A stretch of DNA of 63,773 nt, counting the filler, from Cercozoa sp. M6MM (taxonomy: Eukaryota; Protista; Endomyxa: Ascetosporea), in assembly GCA_040357565.1 (NCBI GenBank). It is 13 parts of 13 records of this genome, joined end to end, with 100 filler letters (N's around TTAATTAATTAA, not from the genome) between each part and the next. Parts side by side here need not be neighbours in the genome. Positions count along the whole stretch, not along the records: positions 51,571 to 59,215 come from JBDODJ010000609.1; positions 59,316 to 63,773 come from JBDODJ010001136.1; 11 more parts are not named here. One strand, given 5' to 3'. The number at the start of each line of letters is the position of its first letter. The first letter of the stretch is position 1. This document shows positions 52,882 to 63,773 of this stretch, one piece after another. Below the pieces are notes generated by a model that saw only the letters and a program-made list of their open reading frames with translations, was not told where the DNA came from and ran no database searches. Position numbers and translations under genes: made by a program.

Positions 52882-54719
52882 TCACTCTCGCTCGGCCGTG
52901 CCCTCCGTGGACGATACAGAAACCGCGGCAGCAGAAATATGGTCTCGCTGCTGCTGCTGCTGCTGCTGCAGTTGCTGTGACTGATGAGGTGATGACGACA
53001 GCGGTAAAATGCGCTTCGCGGACGGATGCCGCTCGCAGTACTCGCGCACGATCTGCTCGGCGAAGGAGCGCGTGTGCTTGCGTATCTGGAAACCAGCGTC
53101 CTTCTCCGACAGCGCCACGAGTCGCACATAATCGCCTTTTTCCTCTGTGCAAAGATGCATATTCTACCTGAGTTACCTGAACAAGCAAACAGCGGCTTAC
53201 TCGTCAAGGTGTCCAACACGGCTCGATCCTCCTCGCTCAGTGGCAGTGCGCGGAAGTACGTGCACGGACGTGCATCAGCGTACGGCGGGAAGAACACGTC
53301 CAGGTAGGCCACGGACGTGCGTGCGCGCATCGAGTGAATGTTGCCTACGAGTGCACGCTCGGAATAAGGCCAAACACAACCACAGCACTGCACAGCAATG
53401 ACACACCTCTTCGCGGAAGCGTGTGCATGATGCCAGGTGCGCGCACGCGGCGCGATGGGTACCGCTGCGCGATCGAGATGGCAGGAGGCGTGCCTGATGA
53501 ATGTGGCTGCACCCAATCTACCTACAGTCACAGGCAGGTAGATGTCATAAGTCATCTTGTAAATACATATATATTATATAAGGTACCGTCGCAAAGTCAA
53601 GCGATCCGTAAAGCATGCGCGTCACGACGCACATGCACGGGTGGTCGTGTAGCGAGAGTGTTGCACCGCGTGCAAGGCGAAACAGGCCGATCTGGCACCA
53701 GTTCTGTTCGAAGAGACCGTGGTACGATACGTGCGAGCGAGTGTCCTTGCTACGGTCGCCGTCTGCACTCGCCTGCCCGTGGAGTGGTGACACGGCGCGC
53801 GCACCGTGCTTCCTCGAGGACGAGTCGCTGTCACTGCCTTCGTCACCGCTTGCTTCTTGCCGTGGAACACTTGCGGCGGCACCGGTGCTAACCTGCTCGC
53901 TGTTGGTGTCCTTGTCACGGCGTGTATCTTGAATGTCCCCCTCTCTGATGACCGGGGTGTTGGGACTGGCGGATACGGCACGGGAACCGGGACACATGCC
54001 GCAGGTGTCACACGACACGTGCGACTCGCGCGGACACTCGGCGGGCGGAAACGACGTCGCACTCGACGAACCCGTGCTCTCGATGTCCTCGACGTGCCGA
54101 AGCTTGTCTTCACAGGGTGCTTCCAAGCTCGCGTCGTCCGTATCGTCGAGCTCGCTGCCTCTACAAAATAGTTCAGGTAAACCCAGAAGCCAAGAGAGGG
54201 GCCAGTGGGACAGAGAGAGTACTCAAACTGCTTCATCAGAGCGATCTCCTCGGGCGAGAGGAATGGCGTCAAGTCGATGCGTCCGACCAGATCTCGCAGG
54301 TGGCACAGTAGTGGGTGGTCCTACAGCCAAAAACCCCACACGCATGCACAGGATGAGAGGCATATGTAGATAGCTCTGAAGTGTTGCATTGGTACATTGA
54401 TGTCAGTGCAGCCACGCGCGACGGCAGCCAGCTCGCGCAAATTGCTGAAAATGAACTGCACCAGGTGCGCAAGTTGCACAGGGTCCTGAACAAGTACATT
54501 CACATCTCAGACGGAACATGATATGTACAAGCACACAAACACAACGACTCTGTACCTCTTTCACGACTTTGGCAGATGCTGCATTCTGCGCTTTTTTCTT
54601 TTTCTTAGCACGACGGAGTATTGCGCGCTTGACGTGAGCTATGCAGTTTTGCCACGTATTTCTAGCAGGCAGGGAGGCAGACATGAGGAAACAAAGGTAC
54701 CAGGTCGTCGTGACGGCAT
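52882..54719 (-). CDS. Cysteamine dioxygenase / plant cysteine oxidase family (PCO_ADO) thiol dioxygenase
   Basis: IGLFRLARGATLSLHDHPCMCVVTRMLYGSL, NIHSM, AYLDVFFPPY and RPCTYF: three His ligands plus PPY and CxY motifs. Confidence 0.9.
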
Positions 54720-56449
54720 GTCAACACCAGCCGTTCGTAGGGCACACACGTCGCCGCCACACAACACACCACACGAGAGGCAGCACCGACAGCCCTGCTC
54801 GCACGTCAGGCACATACGGGAGTGAGAGAGCCAAACCTGGCAGTATGCGTTTGTTGCTCGCAAGCACGATAAACCACAAAACAGCGCCCAGTGGAAACAG
54901 TTTCACTTGCGACTGCTTTGTTCTGAGCGAGTCGGAGTTGGAGCCTTTTCTCAAAAAGTCACCGTGTGAAAATAGTTTCCGTAATGGTGCCAGGGACAGA
55001 AATCGGCAATTGCCTCGTGTCATTCCCTAAATACAATCGCCCAGGGCGGGCGAGCGAGCATGATTGATCGCTTTCCGAAAAAATTTCCGAACCACTCAAC
55101 AGCAAAAGCCTCCCACGCCAGGCTTGTTACGAAAGCGTGGGGCGCAAAGACACGCTCAAACCGCGGATATGGTATCTTACCCAGAAAATTGCGTTGCTCA
55201 CGCGCTAAGGCTGCCCAAGGTGGCGCTTGTGGTGGTATCTTCTCACCTGAAAATGAGATCGATTCTGATTTTTGGGTGCACAAGCATCCTGTCACCGCCG
55301 AACCTGGCTGCATCTAGACCTCGGCCACCAGCATGGACCGCGCTCTCTTAACCCTGCACTCAAGCTCTTCGTCTCCGTACTGCACAACAGTCACAATATT
55401 GCTTTCTTGCATTCTTTTATTCGCCCTTGATCCCTGTACGCCGACGTGTACCGTTATTGATACGATCTTACTCGCTGCTGATAATCTGAGTGATTAAAAC
55501 GTATAGCGGTCTCGAGAAGTGCGAGTTAGCTGTGTCTTTTAACGGTGTTACCACTTGCACCCGCACTACAATTGTACCCAACAACAACACAGATGATGAT
55601 TGATGCCGTTTGTGAGGCCGCACTTTGAGATCAATCTGATCTGTATTCTGGAATAAGAGGATGAAGGTGCACTGGGCAGAACGACTAGATCATACCGTGC
55701 CCATTAAGTCAGAGATCAATGCGTCGAACAGTCTTGGTGGCCAGAGTGCGCGAGCTGTGCGCTGCAACATCAAGCAGTGCCGCGGGCATAACGTTGAACG
55801 CCTAACGACTTGAACACACTTTGCCGCTGAAGGCTGAAGGCAGTGGCGGCTTGGTTCTGACGACCAGGTTGCCTCTTCCGGTCTTGCGTCAAAGTTGTGA
55901 CCTGTGAAGCGCTTGCAAGGTGTGCATTCTATCCGTGGTTTGCTTTTAGCTCGCACGCGTCGTGCTTCCGGTGCGTTTTTTGCTGATTTTCTGAGAGCCC
56001 GCCACTGGATCGTTTTATTGCCAACAAACCACCGAACGAACCTGTCCGTTCTTTGTTGTTTTCCTCCTTCAGTTCGTATGAACGAGCACAAGCGCGTTTT
56101 GCAGCGTGACCAGCTCTGACGGTTGGTGTCATTTGTGGGCTGTCCTTGCTGCTGCACTTGTAAAACGACGTTTTCCACCCAGTGGGACAGTTGTTTTGCT
56201 GAGTTTTGACGTGTCGCGTGCTTGTCCGGCGTTTTTGTACTTGTGTCCTTAAAGGCCGAACGCACGGGCACGCTCTGCGGTATATATTGACGCGCTTCTG
56301 AGAGAAAGCGCTGACGCGAAGCTTTCAGCTTCGCGCGCTTTTGCTTTTTTGCCGGTTTTCAGTTTTACTCACCAATGCACTCGCTTTTTTCTAAATGATA
56401 CTCGTGTCATGTGTGCTCGGAATTTAATTTGCTTGTTTGACATTAATCA

Positions 56450-57195
56450 ATGACGATGGAGTGCTGTGTTGGTGAGCGCAGTCTCACAGTATTGGAAACT
56501 TCGAGGCGCAAGTCTCTCGAGTCGGCAGCGATGCGGTTCAGTCGCTCGGCGTCGGTGTTCAACGACTACCTGCGCGAGAGTCGCTCGCCATGGCGCTTCC
56601 TGAACGAGCCGGCGGCCTTTTGGAGCAGCGGTGCCTTCACGCTGTCGGAGTGCGACAAGCGCGGCGTGTCGCTTGAGGCGCCGGTGGAGGTGCGCGAGAC
56701 ACTGACTTACGACCTGTCCTCCTGCAGCGGTAGCACGCAGGTCGACGACGAGGCCGCCGCCTCAGACGCCAGCTCGACGAGTGCAAGTTCGCGTGCATCG
56801 ATCCGCGTGCGACGTACCACGATCACGCACCGTGACGCCAACAAGACGTACAACTCGCTGGTCAAGTCGGACGCCGTCTACAAGATGGGCTGGTCCGGTG
56901 ACCGCACCATCGCGAGCTACTGTGGCGAGTACTTCCTCGTGCACATCGAAGCCACGGTGGAGCTCGCCGCCTCGCAGCGCACGATGAAGACCTTCCGCAC
57001 GCACGACGGCAAGGGTCGCAAAGTCTCGCTGCACGAACCCTACTGTATTATTACATCGGCCGATGGTGGCCACCTCTTCTTTTTCCTCAAGGACACACGA
57101 CTCAAGATCTGGCGCCTGCAGGTCAAGTATGTTGCTCTCAGGCACGTGATTGCTCGATGATTTACATACCAAGTGTGTCTGTGTAAGTGTGTCTA

Positions 57196-57239
<44 letters not shown>

Positions 57240-58308
57240 TGTGTGTGTGTGTGTATGTGTGTGTGTGTGTGAACAGCAAGGACAAGTTGCCTGCTTCGGA
57301 CAGCACGGTGGCTCGCATGTTTCTGGGTGCGCTGCGCGGCCGCAAGTGCCTCCAGCAGGGCGATTCCGCATCGCTGGCCCTGCCTGTACCCCTCTCACTT
57401 ACCTACTTGCACACCCCCTCCCTACTTTACAGCCCTCATGCCCTTGTAGCAACAGAAGAAGCGTCAGCGTGAACGAGTGTCGTCGGCCGAGTCGGACGAG
57501 TTTGAATCCGAGGATACCGGCGATGAGGTATGTATCCAAATACCACTCTCCCTTTACCATATACCACTCTCCTTCTACCGTACACCTACGCTCCCTATAC
57601 AGTGTGTCAACGAGGACGCCGAGTCGGACGACGTGGAGGACGACGGTACCGAAGACACGCACACGCAGCTTCGACGCTTGCACCGGCAGCGACGCTTGCG
57701 ACCAGGCCTGCTACGCTCCGTGTGTATGCCAGCTTTGCTGTATGGGGTGGAAGGGATGTGTAGATATATATAGCCATGTCTCTATGTCTATGTGTGTGTG
57801 TGTCTGTGTGTGCAGTGAGTGGCGAGCGCAGTGTGCCGCTGCTGAGCAGTGCGGTGCGCCGCGTGGAGCAAGCGCCGCCGCCGAAGCGCCGTCGCACGCA
57901 GCGGCAGCGCAAGAAGCGCGCGCTGACGCTGCAGCTGCAGGAGCTTGTGACCGAGCACGGCAGCGACAATGACGACACCGAGGACTACGTCGCGCCCTGC
58001 GAGTTCGACTCTGACCTGCGCGATGCCGTCGAGACTCCCGTGTCGGCCACGGCGGCTCCCACACGCCGAGTGCGGCACACGCGGCAGGCGACCCGGCGGG
58101 GCAAGAAAGCCTCCGCTTCTGTTAGTGAGGTGTGTTGCCGTCCCATACCTCTACACCCATGCCCCCAGATTTCCGTCCCTTTATCCCCTCTCCTTGTGTA
58201 GTTGTCGCCACTGCCGGTGTTGCTGCCACCGACGCGGCCGGCGATTCCACAGTCGACGCGTCCAAAGGCCAAGTTGCAGCAGCAGCACGAGGTTGCCCTG
58301 CAGCAACG

Positions 58309-58343
<35 letters not shown>

Positions 58344-58404
58344 CACTACAGCAGCAGCAACGACAGGAAGCAGAAGAACAGCGAAGGAGGCAGAGCAAGC
58401 TTTC

Positions 58405-58438
<34 letters not shown>

Positions 58439-59044
58439 GTGCCACCGATGGTACGATCAGTTGCCCCAGGCAGTCACATTCCGGGACAGTCACCGCTGAT
58501 GCAACTTGGACTCGACGCTCTTGTGGTACGTTTTTCTCTTTATATATATAACAGTATCTAGTATATATATATATATATGCTTGGTTGTGTGTGATGTCTC
58601 CTCGCAGGGACAGCAGCTCCTGGCACGGCATCGCACCCTCCAGGTGCAGCAACTGCTGGCGCGACACCTAGCGACCATACAACAGCAGCAGCCGCAACAA
58701 CAAGGTCTCAGTGACGCACACTTGGTATCCTGAATCTACTTTTGTCTTTGCATCGGCACTGCTCGCCTCTCTGTGTGTGCCCAGATGCTGTCGGCACTGC
58801 CGCAGGCGAGTATGCTGCAGCTCTTGCAGATGCAGCAGCAACTCCAGCAGGCGCACGCGCTGGCAGCACGTGCGCACGCTGGCGTCGACGACTCCGGCGT
58901 TGCTCGACAGTCATAACCCGTTTGCAACGTTTAATCGCTTGCGACACGCTCGGTGCGCTTGACCTGCACAATGCCGATGTACTGTGGCCGGACCAGTCCG
59001 CTTTCGAGTCGGAGTCTCGAGAACGAATGTTTAACCATGCATAA
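56450..59044 (+). CDS. Orphan protein with beta-rich N-domain, acidic tract, basic NLS-like motif and polyQ tracts
   Basis: Long first exon 56450-57121; later exons with SDEFESEDTGDE, PPPKRRRTQRQRKKR and several polyQ runs; TAA at 59044 followed by AATAAA. Confidence 0.7.
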
Positions 59045-59164
59045 AATCTCCGTTTTTATTTATTTCACTCTACAAATAAAGGTTGTTACTGCAAAAGCGT
59101 ACGATGGTCATGGTCGAGTGCAATTCTTGTAATCAATCGGCGAGCTGAAGATCGTCTTGCGGTA

Positions 59165-59215
<51 letters not shown>

Positions 59216-59315
59216 NNNNNNNNNNNNNNNNNNNNNNNNNNNNNNNNNNNNNNNNNNNNTTAATTAATTAANNNNNNNNNNNNNNNNNNNNNNNNNNNNN
59301 NNNNNNNNNNNNNNN

Positions 59316-59352
<37 letters not shown>

Positions 59353-60745
59353 GTAGGTGTGGGTGTGCTGCCCCATCTTATTAGTGAAGTTTGGGCTGGT
59401 GTATGTAGAGTGCGGTTGTGACGCCGAGCCCTCCCCCCGATCCCTCGTACCATGCCTTTGCGAGCCGGCTGTCAGACGACGAGAGGCTCTACGTCCGAAA
59501 GCGCGTGGTGCGTATGCCTCTGTGTATGTGTGTATGTGTGCCTGTGTGCCTCCTGCAAGTATACTGACAGGACGCGGAGAGCTCTAATGCGCTGACCCCG
59601 GGGACCGTGGGCTTGGCCCTCCAGTCGCTGCGTTCGCGTAGCGCGTCGCGCTGGCTGCAGGACGTGCGCGGTGTCGCCGCGGACGGCGTCGATTCTCTCC
59701 GCAGCACCGTTGTTGCCGACGTGGACGCCGACGTCGATGCCACGCGCGTCAACGTTGCGCCAGCCGATTTTTACGCGCTGCTGCGCTCGGGCCGGAGTGC
59801 CGAGGCGCGCGCGCTGCGTAGCTCGGTCGACATGCGTGCGCAAATGATGGCGCTGCTGCAGCGCATGCGCGACAATAAGAGCGCCGAACGGCGGTGGAAG
59901 CGGCATGTGCTCACTGTGGTGCGGCCGGCGACCTTTGCGAACGAGGCGTCCGAGTACGTGCGGCCGGGTGCGGCGGCGCTGTGGCAGCCCGACGCGCCCT
60001 ACTGGCAGCAGCTGGCGCTGCTCGATTTGGATGCGCTCAGCGCCACTGAGCTGCAGCGCCTGCTGCACGCTGAGCTCGAGCATGTCGTTGAGAGCGAGGC
60101 GTGTGCGCCCTCCTCCGATGCCGCCGGTAGCGAGCAGCGCGACGCGCGCGCTGTCGAACTCAACGAGGCCATTCTGCGCGCGCCGGTCGTGCATTACGAC
60201 GTGCCAGCGGATGCGTCTTCGGGTGGCTTCGAGCGCCTCAAGTTCCTGCGCAAGCTCTACGACATGCGGCTGCGGCAGGAGGCTGAGCACGACGCCTACT
60301 TGCGGCAGCAGCAGCTGCTGCAGGCCATGTGCGCCGAGCGCGAGGAGTTCCGCGAGCCGGTGCTGCAGGTGACGTGCGTCCACAACAACGTCTTCGTGTC
60401 GGCGAGCGTGAACAACAAGCAGGTTTTCGGCACCTCGGTATGCTGCGCTCCTTTGCGTCTGTCTGTGATGATGTTGCCACCTACGTATGCGCGCATGCGT
60501 GCAGGGTGGTGTGCACTTGCCGAACAAGTCCAAGAAGACGCTCGATGTGGCCGCCGGTCTGGCCGTGCGCCAAGTGCTCTCAATTCTGCGGACAAAGGGT
60601 GCAACTCCGTGTGGTGCACTCTGCCGTGTGTATGGTGGCTTGTTGTAGGCATCACCAAGGCGCACGTACGCGTCAAGGGCTCTGGCAAGGCGAGGCAAGG
60701 TGTGTCTGGCTGATTGTTTTTCTGTTGGTTGGATCGGGTTTGTGT

Positions 60746-60796
<51 letters not shown>

Positions 60797-60806
60797 NNNN
60801 NNNNNN

Positions 60807-60853
<47 letters not shown>

Positions 60854-61033
60854 GCTTAGGTGCGCTGTCGACTTTGTCGCGGTACTTGTTGTTCATATGT
60901 GTGCGTGTGCGTGTGTATGCCGCGAGAGTGCGAGTGCTTCAGACTGCGGAAGTCGTTCGAGGTTCTCTCCGTCAGGGACGTCTCTACCATTCCGCACGGC
61001 GGCGGTCGACGTAAACGACGACGCCATATTTAA
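59316..61033 (+). CDS. MRPS11: Mitochondrial ribosomal protein uS11m with very long N-terminal extension, 5'-truncated
   Basis: Spliced C-terminus VLQVTCVHNNVFVSAS...GTS|GGVHLPNKSKKTLDVAAGLA...|ITKAHVRVKGSGKARQG|ALSTL...FEVLSVRDVSTIPHGGGRRKRRRHI* matches bacterial-type uS11 (NNT, KGPG.GR, DVTPIPHNGCR). Confidence 0.85.
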
Positions 61034-61073
61034 ACGCAGGCCTCCGGTCGCTCTTGCCTCGGTTAAAGTTAAA

Positions 61074-61398
61074 AGTTACCGCAGGCCTCTCGGACACGGA
61101 TCAGGGATCAGGCCTTGGCAAACTGGGTACAAAAAAACTATGTAAGTTAGTTGAGTCTTCTGGAAGCCAACTATGTAGTTCCTCTGCGCCAGTCCGGGGT
61201 GGGTAGCTAGAAGAGCATGGCCGTGTCTACCGCCCGCTTAGGGTAGGACCATACAACTCCCCTTTTGACGTTTCCTAGACACCGAAGTCGACTTAGTGGT
61301 TGGTGCAGGTAGCGGGCTGCAAGTAAATTTAGAGAGGCGTCGCAGGCGGCGTCGAGTCGTCCCGTCGTCCTCCTCCGTCTCTCCACTTGAACCTAACA
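61074..61398 (+). mobile_element. Dispersed repeat family A, diverged copy (solo-LTR-like; right end tentative)
   Basis: The reverse complement of 61074-61145 keeps CATAGT, TGCCAAGGCCTGA and GAGAGGCCTGCGGTAAC in the same order as 19156-19206; a TAACA ends at 61398. Confidence 0.5.
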
Positions 61399-62695
61399 AA
61401 ACAAGCAAACGGACATAAGCGTAGGACCACCACTGCTATGAGTGATGGCCTAGTCTATGTCGAGGACCTCTCGGTTCAGTGCCTGCTAGGAGGCTGGTCC
61501 TCCGACAGTTGCTTGCTCGTTCCAGGAGATCTTGGTGCCTTGGTGCATTCTGTTGAGTGTTGCTAGGTTCTCAAGGTTGGCCAGTATGTCTTCAATTGTG
61601 CGCCATTGAGCCGCATTGGTGTTGTTTGCAGAGGAATCTTTAAAGCGTGCAGATGTCTGCGATGCTGAGTTTGTGATCAAAATAAGGAAGGTACGAAAGT
61701 CAGAGTCATCAACGTTTGCTGCGAGCACTGTTATTTTACCTAAATTTACATGTATTGATATCATCTTCCCACAGTGATGTTCCGCAGCCAACAATTCTGA
61801 CCTGGGGAACGACTGCTACACCCCAAGCACAATATAGAGATACGTCTGTTTGCACAGATCCTCTACCAGACCCCAGCCGTGCGCCTGCACGACCGCGGAA
61901 AACCCGTTTGCTGAGGGCAACGACACCACCCCGCGTATCGGTTGTGCCGTCCATGCTCAGGGCTTTGGGCGTTTTTGTTAAATTACTAGCATACCTCTTT
62001 TTAGAATTCGATCCTGGCCGACATATCGTTTCTTCAAGGGGTATAGTTCCATAGCTGAGTGTACAGGTGCTGCCGAAACAAGCTGGACTGGACACAGCAG
62101 CTGCAGGAACGCGTTGCACAGCGCGCCTCGTTGCGCAGCAACGTCCGCGATCGCAAACCCTGCCCTCAATCACGCCCGTCAAGTTAGAAACAAGGACTTG
62201 ATTGCGATATGCGCTACGCTCAGCTTGGCCGCCAACGTCTTGCGCCTCAGTAGCGCTCGTTGTTGTGAGCCGAACTGGTACCTCACACCCATCCTCATAC
62301 TGTCACCATGAGTTCCCCTGTGACACTTCGTGCGCAGGCAGCTGTTCTGCATTGATCTTGCCGGTACCATGTCAGTGGAGACAAGCTCATGGTGCTGAGG
62401 TGGCTGCGCGACACCAGCATCCGCGAGTCGAAGCAAGCGAAAACATCGGGCGAGGTCCCCGGCCCAGTTTGTTGTCAATGCAACAGAGAGCGCGGGATTC
62501 GACGATGTGCGCAACATGTATCTCGGTAAATTACAACAACGACCAGAGGCGCAACGACAAGTCGTCCGTCGTCGTCGGCGATCGCGTTGTCGCAACGGGT
62601 ACGTTCCAACCTTACACTCAGCTTTCTTATGCCGAAGCGCGCAGTGCGTTACTTCCCACTCCCTAGTCCAGGCAATCTGACGGTGCCGGGGCTGT

Positions 62696-63052
62696 ATGCA
62701 GCACGTCTTCCGTGACGTCCGTAACGTGGTAGACTTCTTGCGACAGTCGACCCCGGATCTCGCCGAGCACCTGCGCCTAAACGGCACCGAGAGCGTTGTA
62801 GCGGCGCACACGCTGCTGCACATTGACGACGACATGCGAATCGAGATGTCAAATGTATTCGCGACGATGGGCGCGGTGAATGCCGACATGTTTGCCATTT
62901 TCGTCGCGCTTGGGGAGGTCATCTACCCGCGCGCTGGTGGTATATTCTGTCTATCTGGCTGGCACGAATTGGTGACTTTTTGTGTGCTCGGTTAATGTGC
63001 AGACCTCACCATGAGTTGTCGGAGAATAGCCAAACATAAATTAAATTCTTAA
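62696..63052 (+). CDS. Hypothetical gene, last exon(s)
   Basis: GC-rich ORF HVFRDVRNVVDFLRQSTPDLAEHL...GEVIYPRA; upstream structure unresolved. Confidence 0.35.
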
Positions 63053-63080
63053 ATTTAATGTAAGGAACGTGATACTGTAC

Positions 63081-63302
63081 TGTTAGTTCGCTCAGTCTGC
63101 AAAGAACGTTGAAGCTTGGCGACACGAAGCCGTCAAACGAGGTCGTTCACTACACGTCCACGCAGACTCCCTTGGCGTCAACGTTCGCCCTGCAGCAGTC
63201 TCGTCTCGGTCCTGGCCTTTGCGCGTAGAGGGCACCTTGTAGAGTGGCCGTTGACCTGTTTGTCTGTTCTTCTCAGGACTGAGACGAGACTGCTGCAGGG
63301 CG
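63081..63302 (+). repeat. Dispersed repeat family C, copy 2, with adjacent 29-bp inverted repeat
   Basis: Starts TGTTAG; 63107-63139 matches 34256-34288 inverted; arms 63186-63214 and 63274-63302 pair at 28/29. Confidence 0.85.
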
Positions 63303-63773
63303 GCAGCAGCAGCATCGCGTCCCTGTCGCTTAGTCTTCTTGCGAGGGGAGTTGACTTCCGCCCATTGTAGATCGAGCCAAGCACTCGAATGAGACCTTGT
63401 GCCTCGGTCCGTCGCAGCAGCGACTCCATCCTTGCCGGTGATCTTGGCTCGGATCTTCGCACGCACACTCAGCGTTTTGTTTAAGGAGAGAAAGCACCTC
63501 TTTCGGATGGAGACACTGAACGTGACAACACATAAAACTCTTCGCCAAGATCTTCGAGCTTGCTTGTTTCGCGCGTGCCGTGCATTTAGCAACAAGCACA
63601 ACACATCGAGCTTCGCAGGTGACGATATTTCGGGTGTTCAGGTTGAAAGCCCGCGATATCTACGTCCGAAGCCATCACGCAGTGCGCACGTTTCTGCCAG
63701 CACGCGACTCCCTTACGCGAGCTTTGGCTTGCGATAATCCACAAAAGCCGTCTGCGCATCCAGCAGTTCAGTG

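Overview
Eukaryotic, protist-like draft genome DNA: GC-rich exons and dense, short (mostly ~45-150 nt) GT-AG introns. The window is not one locus. It is 13 contigs joined by 12 artificial 100-bp linkers (N44-TTAATTAATTAA-N44), so gene neighbourhoods across linkers carry no meaning and many genes are truncated at contig ends. Genes recognised by manual splicing and motif recall (no database search): ferlin-type multi-C2 protein, Gap1/DGAP-type RasGAP, mitochondrial EF-G1, Slu7, ALG11 (plus a decayed partial copy), probable AP-3 delta C-terminus, peptidyl-tRNA hydrolase 2, NO66/RIOX1-type JmjC oxygenase, xanthine dehydrogenase, probable COX6A, a DUF4470 protein, REX1-B, a bacterial-type neutral-ceramidase-like hydrolase, INO1, ABHD11-like esterase, a PH-domain fragment, a PCO/ADO thiol dioxygenase, a polyQ orphan, and a nuclear-encoded mitochondrial uS11 with a very long N-terminal extension. 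Orphan and decaying genes sit in islands that look lower in GC by eye. The least explained signal is a network of short dispersed repeats (7 copies on 6 contigs). All lie ~30-200 bp downstream of a predicted stop codon in the same orientation as that gene, read (T/A)GTTA at or near their gene-proximal end, and two sit next to long near-perfect hairpins. No rRNA, tRNA, snRNA or CRISPR array is supported. The lineage cannot be fixed from this sequence alone. Exon boundaries are hand-derived and approximate.
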